Notes under the pieces: model-generated
The model's database searches: none
Told to the model about the DNA's origin: nothing
Seen by the model: only the letters and a program-made list of their open reading frames with translations
In this document: positions 16,317-20,701 of the stretch, in pieces
Numbering within the stretch: the first letter of the stretch is position 1
Layout: every line of letters starts with the position of its first letter
Made by a program: the position numbers and the translations under genes
Assembly: GCA_029858565.1 (NCBI GenBank)
Contig: JAOUEV010000056.1
Span: 1 to 20,701, forward strand
Reading direction: 5' to 3'
DNA from: Nitrospirota bacterium
Lineage (GTDB): Bacteria > Nitrospirota > UBA9217
Length of the DNA: 20,701 nt

Positions 16317-18227
16317 ATGGTAATTGATGATGTCATAAAATTCTTCCAGGAGATACCTCCCTTCCAGTTCCTCGAAGCAAGGGAACTGAGGTCCATTGCT
16401 GAGAAGGTCTCCATGGAGTTCTACCCCAAGGGTACGGTCATTCTTCGCCAGGATGATCCGGCAAGTGATGCTCTCCGCGTCATCAAGAAGGGCGGGGTGA
16501 AGGTGTCGGTCCGGTCTGAGGACGGGCAGGAGGTCATCATCGACCACCGTGGTGAAGGTGACACCTTCGGGCTTATGTCCCTCATCGGCAAGGATGAAAA
16601 GCAGAAGACCACGGTCATCGCCATCGAGGACACGATCTGCTATCTGATGAAGAAGAGCCAGGTGCTGCCGGTGATCGAGACCAATCCCGCGTTCACCGAA
16701 TATTTTCTCCAGTTCCATTTCTCGAAGTACGTTGACAAGACCTCGCGGGACATGCACGCAAAGAGCCTGTTCTACGGGAGCAGCGATCATCTTCTTTTCA
16801 CGACGCCGGTGGGAGACATCGCCACCAAGGACGTCGTGACGGTCACCCAGGACGCGTCGATCCAGGAAGCTGCCCAGGAAATGTCCCGGAACCGCATCAG
16901 TTCGCTGATCATTGTTGACGATAACGGTCTGCCGGTCGGCATTGTCACGGACCGGGACCTGCGGGAAAAGGTCGTGTCGCGCGGCAGGGACGTGACCGAT
17001 ATGGTGAAGGACATCATGACCCTTCCCATGATCCGCGTGGATGTGAAGGATTACTGCTTTGAGGCCGTGCTGAAGATGATCAAGCACAACATCCATCACA
17101 TCCTGGTGATCAAGGACGGCAGGCTCAAGGGCGTGCTCACGAACCACGATCTCATGATGCTCCAGGGAACGTCGCCGCTCTCCTTTGCCAAGGACCTGGA
17201 GAGCCAGCAGAGCGTCGAGGGCCTTGTTCCGGTCTCCACGAAGATCAACCGCGTGGTAGGCCTGCTCCTGAAGGAAGGCGCGAAAGCGAGCAATATCACC
17301 AAGATCATCGCGGAGCTGAACGACCGGCTGGTCAGGAAGGTGCTCGAGATCGCCGAGGCGAAGTTCGGAAAGCCGCCGGTGCCCTACTGCTGGATCTCTT
17401 TTGGAAGCGAAGGCCGGAAAGAACAGACATTCAAGACGGACCAGGACAATGCCATCATTCACGGCGACACGGACTCGCCTGCGCTGGCAGATCAGGCCAA
17501 GCGCTACTTCGCCGCTTTTTCCCTTTTTGTGCGCGACGGCCTGGTGCGGTGCGGCTTTCCCCATTGCCCGGCAGATTACATGGCGAGCAATCCCCGGTGG
17601 TGTCAGCCGCTCTCGGTCTGGAAGCAGTATTTCACGTCCTGGGTGCATACGCCGAATCCCGAGGCGGTCCTGCGGTCCCTCATATTCTTCGATTTCCGGA
17701 TGCTCCATGGAGATGAGCGGCTGGCCGCCGAGCTCCGCAGCCATCTTGGTTCCATCCTGAAGGGCCAGAACATCTTCCTGGCCCAGATGGCCGGCGTGGT
17801 GATCAAGAACCGGCCGCCGCTGGGGTTCTTCAAGAAGTTCATCGTTGAAAAGGACGGCGAGCACAAGAACGAGCTGAATCTCAAGTTCCGGGGCATCGGC
17901 CCGCTGGTGGACATTGTGCGGCTCTTCGCGCTGGAGAGCGGCGTTTCCGAGACCTCGACCCTGGAGCGGATCGAGGCCATGAAGGGGAAGCACCCTTCGA
18001 TCGATTCCTCCGGTGATGAACTGGCCCAGGCATTCGAGTTCATTACCCTGCTCAGGATCCATCATCAGGTGGAGCAGATCGAGAAGGGCGAAGAGCCGGA
18101 CAATTTCATCAATCCGACCCGCCTGAGCAACCTGGAAAAGCGGATACTGAAAGAATCCTTCCAGGTGATCTCCCTGCTGCAGGACGGACTGTCCGACCAG
18201 TATGGCCCGGGCATGGTGGGAGGATGA
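16317..18227 (+). CDS. cNMP-binding / CBS-pair / DUF294 nucleotidyltransferase-domain protein
   Basis: cNMP domain (YPKGTVILRQDD...GDTFG), CBS pair (PVGIVTDRDLR), Pol-beta-type motif FGSEGRKEQTFKTDQDNAII, DUF294_C (NLKFRGIGPLVDIVR). Confidence 0.93.
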   Translation: MVIDDVIKFFQEIPPFQFLEARELRSIAEKVSMEFYPKGTVILRQDDPASDALRVIKKGGVKVSVRSEDGQEVIIDHRGEGDTFGLMSLIGKDEKQKTTVIAIEDTICYLMKKSQVLPVIETNPAFTEYFLQFHFSKYVDKTSRDMHAKSLFYGSSDHLLFTTPVGDIATKDVVTVTQDASIQEAAQEMSRNRISSLIIVDDNGLPVGIVTDRDLREKVVSRGRDVTDMVKDIMTLPMIRVDVKDYCFEAVLKMIKHNIHHILVIKDGRLKGVLTNHDLMMLQGTSPLSFAKDLESQQSVEGLVPVSTKINRVVGLLLKEGAKASNITKIIAELNDRLVRKVLEIAEAKFGKPPVPYCWISFGSEGRKEQTFKTDQDNAIIHGDTDSPALADQAKRYFAAFSLFVRDGLVRCGFPHCPADYMASNPRWCQPLSVWKQYFTSWVHTPNPEAVLRSLIFFDFRMLHGDERLAAELRSHLGSILKGQNIFLAQMAGVVIKNRPPLGFFKKFIVEKDGEHKNELNLKFRGIGPLVDIVRLFALESGVSETSTLERIEAMKGKHPSIDSSGDELAQAFEFITLLRIHHQVEQIEKGEEPDNFINPTRLSNLEKRILKESFQVISLLQDGLSDQYGPGMVGG

Positions 18228-18898
18228 GTGATATGTTCGGACTTTTGACCCGAAATAGCGCTGACCTGAACGCCTGCGGGATAGATGACAGGACACTGGT
18301 CAGCGAGTGCAGGTACGTGGTCCTGGACACGGAACTGACGGGGCTCGAGGTCAAGAAGGATTCGATCGTGTCCATCGGCGCGGTCGCCATGACCGGCGGT
18401 TCGATCCATATCGGCGAGACCTTCTACCGGCTCGTGAGCCCGGAAACGGAAATGCGGGGCTCCAGTGTCGTGGTGCACGGGATCACGCCGTCCGAGGTAG
18501 CGGACAAACCGTCCATCGCCCAGACCATGGATGAACTGCTGAAGTTCTGCGAGGGTTCGGTCGTGGTAGGCCACTTTCTTTCGCTGGACCTCAAGTTCCT
18601 GAACAAGGAGATGAAACGGCTGTCAGGCCGCGAGTTCCCCGGTCCGGCTGTGGACACCTTCCGCATCCATGAGTGGATCCGGGAGCATGACGGTTCGTTC
18701 AGCACGCATTACAACGGCATGGTGCGGGACACGGACCTCTTCACCATGGCCAAGAGATACCATATCCAGGTATCCGCGGCGCACAACGCGCTCATGGACG
18801 CTTTTGTCACGGCACAGCTCTTTCAGCGGTTCCTGAGCTTCCTGCCGTCCCTGGGCGTCCCAACCGTGAAGGACCTGCTGCGGATCGGAAAACCATAA
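18224..18898 (+). CDS. DEDDh 3'-5' exonuclease-family (DnaQ-like) protein
   Basis: VVLDTELTGL (ExoI), GHFLSLD (ExoII), HNALMDA (ExoIII). ATGA overlap with the DUF294 gene. Confidence 0.9.
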   Translation: MSDMFGLLTRNSADLNACGIDDRTLVSECRYVVLDTELTGLEVKKDSIVSIGAVAMTGGSIHIGETFYRLVSPETEMRGSSVVVHGITPSEVADKPSIAQTMDELLKFCEGSVVVGHFLSLDLKFLNKEMKRLSGREFPGPAVDTFRIHEWIREHDGSFSTHYNGMVRDTDLFTMAKRYHIQVSAAHNALMDAFVTAQLFQRFLSFLPSLGVPTVKDLLRIGKP

Positions 18899-18978
18899 AG
18901 GGGGAGGAGGTGACTGAGGCATAAATTCAAAGTGCAGCGTTCAAAGATCAAATTAACTTGATAGAAGGAGGTAGGCAA

Positions 18979-19257
18979 ATGGCTAAAGAGTTGCAGGGAT
19001 TAGACAGAGAAAAGCTGAAGAAGTATTGGAGCGAAAACGTAAAGCTTACGAGCATTGTTCTGTTCATCTGGTTCGTGGTCACCTATGTGGCCATCTTCTT
19101 TGTGAACGAACTGAACAGCATCGTGATCTTCGGGTTCCCCTTCGGGTACTACATGGGGGCGCAGGGTTCGCTCATTGTGTTTGTGGTGCTGATCTTCGTG
19201 TACGCCTTCAAGATGAACGCGAAGGACAAAGAATACGGCGTAGAGGAGGAAGAATAA
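18979..19257 (+). CDS. DUF4212 small membrane subunit of a solute:sodium symporter
   Basis: YWSEN...WFVV...GFPFGYYMGAQGSLIVFV pattern, two TM helices; AAGGAGGT RBS. Confidence 0.9.
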   Translation: MAKELQGLDREKLKKYWSENVKLTSIVLFIWFVVTYVAIFFVNELNSIVIFGFPFGYYMGAQGSLIVFVVLIFVYAFKMNAKDKEYGVEEEE

Positions 19258-20701
19258 ATGAGCGCAAAAGGCGTTGGAAGTGCATCATTCCTGGACAACC
19301 TGGGCAAGATCTACGCCATGTACACCATCGGGTTCATCGGCTTCGTGATCTTCCTGGGCATCGGTGAAAAATGGTTTAATATGTCTCCCCAGATGATCGG
19401 CTACGTCTATATGGGCGTGACGATCGGCCTCTACGCGGTCATCGGCATCTCATCGCGTACCGCGAAGATCTCGGAGTATTACGTTGCCGGACGTTCGGTT
19501 CCGGCGCTGTTCAACGGCATGGCAACGGGCTCGGACTGGATGTCCGCTGCTTCGTTCATCGGCATGGCCGGCAGCATCTTCGGACTGGGCTATGACGGCC
19601 TTGCGTACGTCATGGGCTGGACCGGCGGCTACGTGCTGCTCGCCGTGTTCCTTGGCCCCTACCTCCGCAAGTTCGGCCAGTACACGATCCCCGACTTCCT
19701 GGGCGCACGGTACGGCGGCAACGCGGCCCGGTCCATCGGCATCCTGGCGGCCATCACCGCGTCGTTCACCTACCTGATCGCGCAGGTCACCGGCGTGGGC
19801 ATCATCATGAGCCGGTTCCTGAACCTCGACTTCACGGTAGGCGTGTTCGTGGGTCTCGCGGGCATCCTGGTCTGCTCCATGCTCGGCGGCATGAAGGCCG
19901 TCACCTGGACCCAGGTGGCCCAGTACATCATCCTGATCATCGCGTACCTCGTGCCGGTGACGGTGATGTCTTACAAGACAACGGGTGTGCCGATCCCGCA
20001 GCTCATGTACGGCCAGATCCTGCAGAAGAACGACGCCAAGGACCTCGACATTCAGAGCAATCCGGTGAACGTGGCGACACGCGATCTGTGGAAGAAAGAA
20101 GCTGACCAGCTTGATGCGGACATCAAGGGGCTGCCGGCAAGCCTGGATGCGAAAAAGGCTGATCTGAATGCCAAGATCGCGGCTGCAAAGGACCCGGCGG
20201 AAAAAGAGAAGCTCGACAAGGCCCTGAAGGCGCTTCCTGCTACGCCTGAGATCGCGAAAGAGAAGTGGGATGCGGCGAAGAAGACCGCTGCAGGCAAGTC
20301 CAAGGCTCCGAAGCCTTACCTCGAGCCGTTCGCGCGGCTGGACAAGAAGAACATGATGGCGCTGGTCTTCTGCCTCATGGTCGGCACCGCGGGCCTGCCC
20401 CACATCCTGATGCGCTACTACACCGTTCCGTCGGTGAAGGAAGCGCGCATTTCCGTGGGCTGGTCCCTGTTCTTCATCTTCCTGCTCTACTTCACGGCCC
20501 CGGCCTATGCGGCTTTCGCGAGATACGAAGTGCTGCATAATGTGGTCGGCATGGAGATCGCGAAACTGCCCGGCTGGGTCGCCAACTGGGGCAAGGTCGG
20601 TCTCGTCTCGATCAAGGACATCAATCTGGACGGCATCCTGCAGTTCTCGGAGCTGACGATCGGTGCTGACGCCATCGTGCTCGCAACCCCCGAGATCGCC
20701 G
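19258..20701 (+). CDS. Sodium:solute symporter (ActP-related, VC_2705-like subfamily), truncated by the window end; missing from the ORF track
   Basis: ATG directly after the DUF4212 stop; EYYVAGRSVPALFNGMATGSDWMSAASFIGMAG, LRKFGQYTIPDFLGARYG, LGGMKAVTWTQVAQY, MVGTAGLPHILMRYYT. Open to the end. Confidence 0.93.
   Translation, partial: MSAKGVGSASFLDNLGKIYAMYTIGFIGFVIFLGIGEKWFNMSPQMIGYVYMGVTIGLYAVIGISSRTAKISEYYVAGRSVPALFNGMATGSDWMSAASFIGMAGSIFGLGYDGLAYVMGWTGGYVLLAVFLGPYLRKFGQYTIPDFLGARYGGNAARSIGILAAITASFTYLIAQVTGVGIIMSRFLNLDFTVGVFVGLAGILVCSMLGGMKAVTWTQVAQYIILIIAYLVPVTVMSYKTTGVPIPQLMYGQILQKNDAKDLDIQSNPVNVATRDLWKKEADQLDADIKGLPASLDAKKADLNAKIAAAKDPAEKEKLDKALKALPATPEIAKEKWDAAKKTAAGKSKAPKPYLEPFARLDKKNMMALVFCLMVGTAGLPHILMRYYTVPSVKEARISVGWSLFFIFLLYFTAPAYAAFARYEVLHNVVGMEIAKLPGWVANWGKVGLVSIKDINLDGILQFSELTIGADAIVLATPEIA

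Noticed and set aside
18925-18952. Degenerate heptamer run ATTCAAA GTGCAGC GTTCAAA GATCAAA
   Set aside because: Too short and degenerate to distinguish from chance.

Overview
GC-rich bacterial chromosome window; the gene content suggests an anaerobic Gram-negative such as Nitrospirota or Desulfobacterota (inference). Left to right: (1) the 3' end of a class IIC group II intron (DV, DVI; 1-76). (2) A decayed copy of the 3' end of the cytochrome gene that lies 7.4 kb away. (3) A ~7.2 kb phosphate-starvation islet between the two copies: metallophosphoesterase, phoB, psiE, a small membrane ORF, a REC-DHp protein, a soluble CBS-pair histidine kinase, a single REC protein, a porin and pstS, with three Pho-box promoters of identical geometry and no phoR/pstCAB/phoU. 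(4) A pentaheme cytochrome c split by the ORF track at an in-frame UGA with a SECIS-like hairpin, i.e. an ExtKL/MccSep-type selenoprotein. (5) fabF, probably leaderless. (6) DUF4912 protein, GH57 branching enzyme and a GlcD-like FAD oxidase. (7) An L,D-transpeptidase plus an apparently dead paralogue. (8) A sigma54-driven operon: cNMP-CBS-DUF294 nucleotidyltransferase, DEDDh exonuclease-like protein, DUF4212 and a sodium:solute symporter (truncated by the window). All calls were made by eye; no database search was run.
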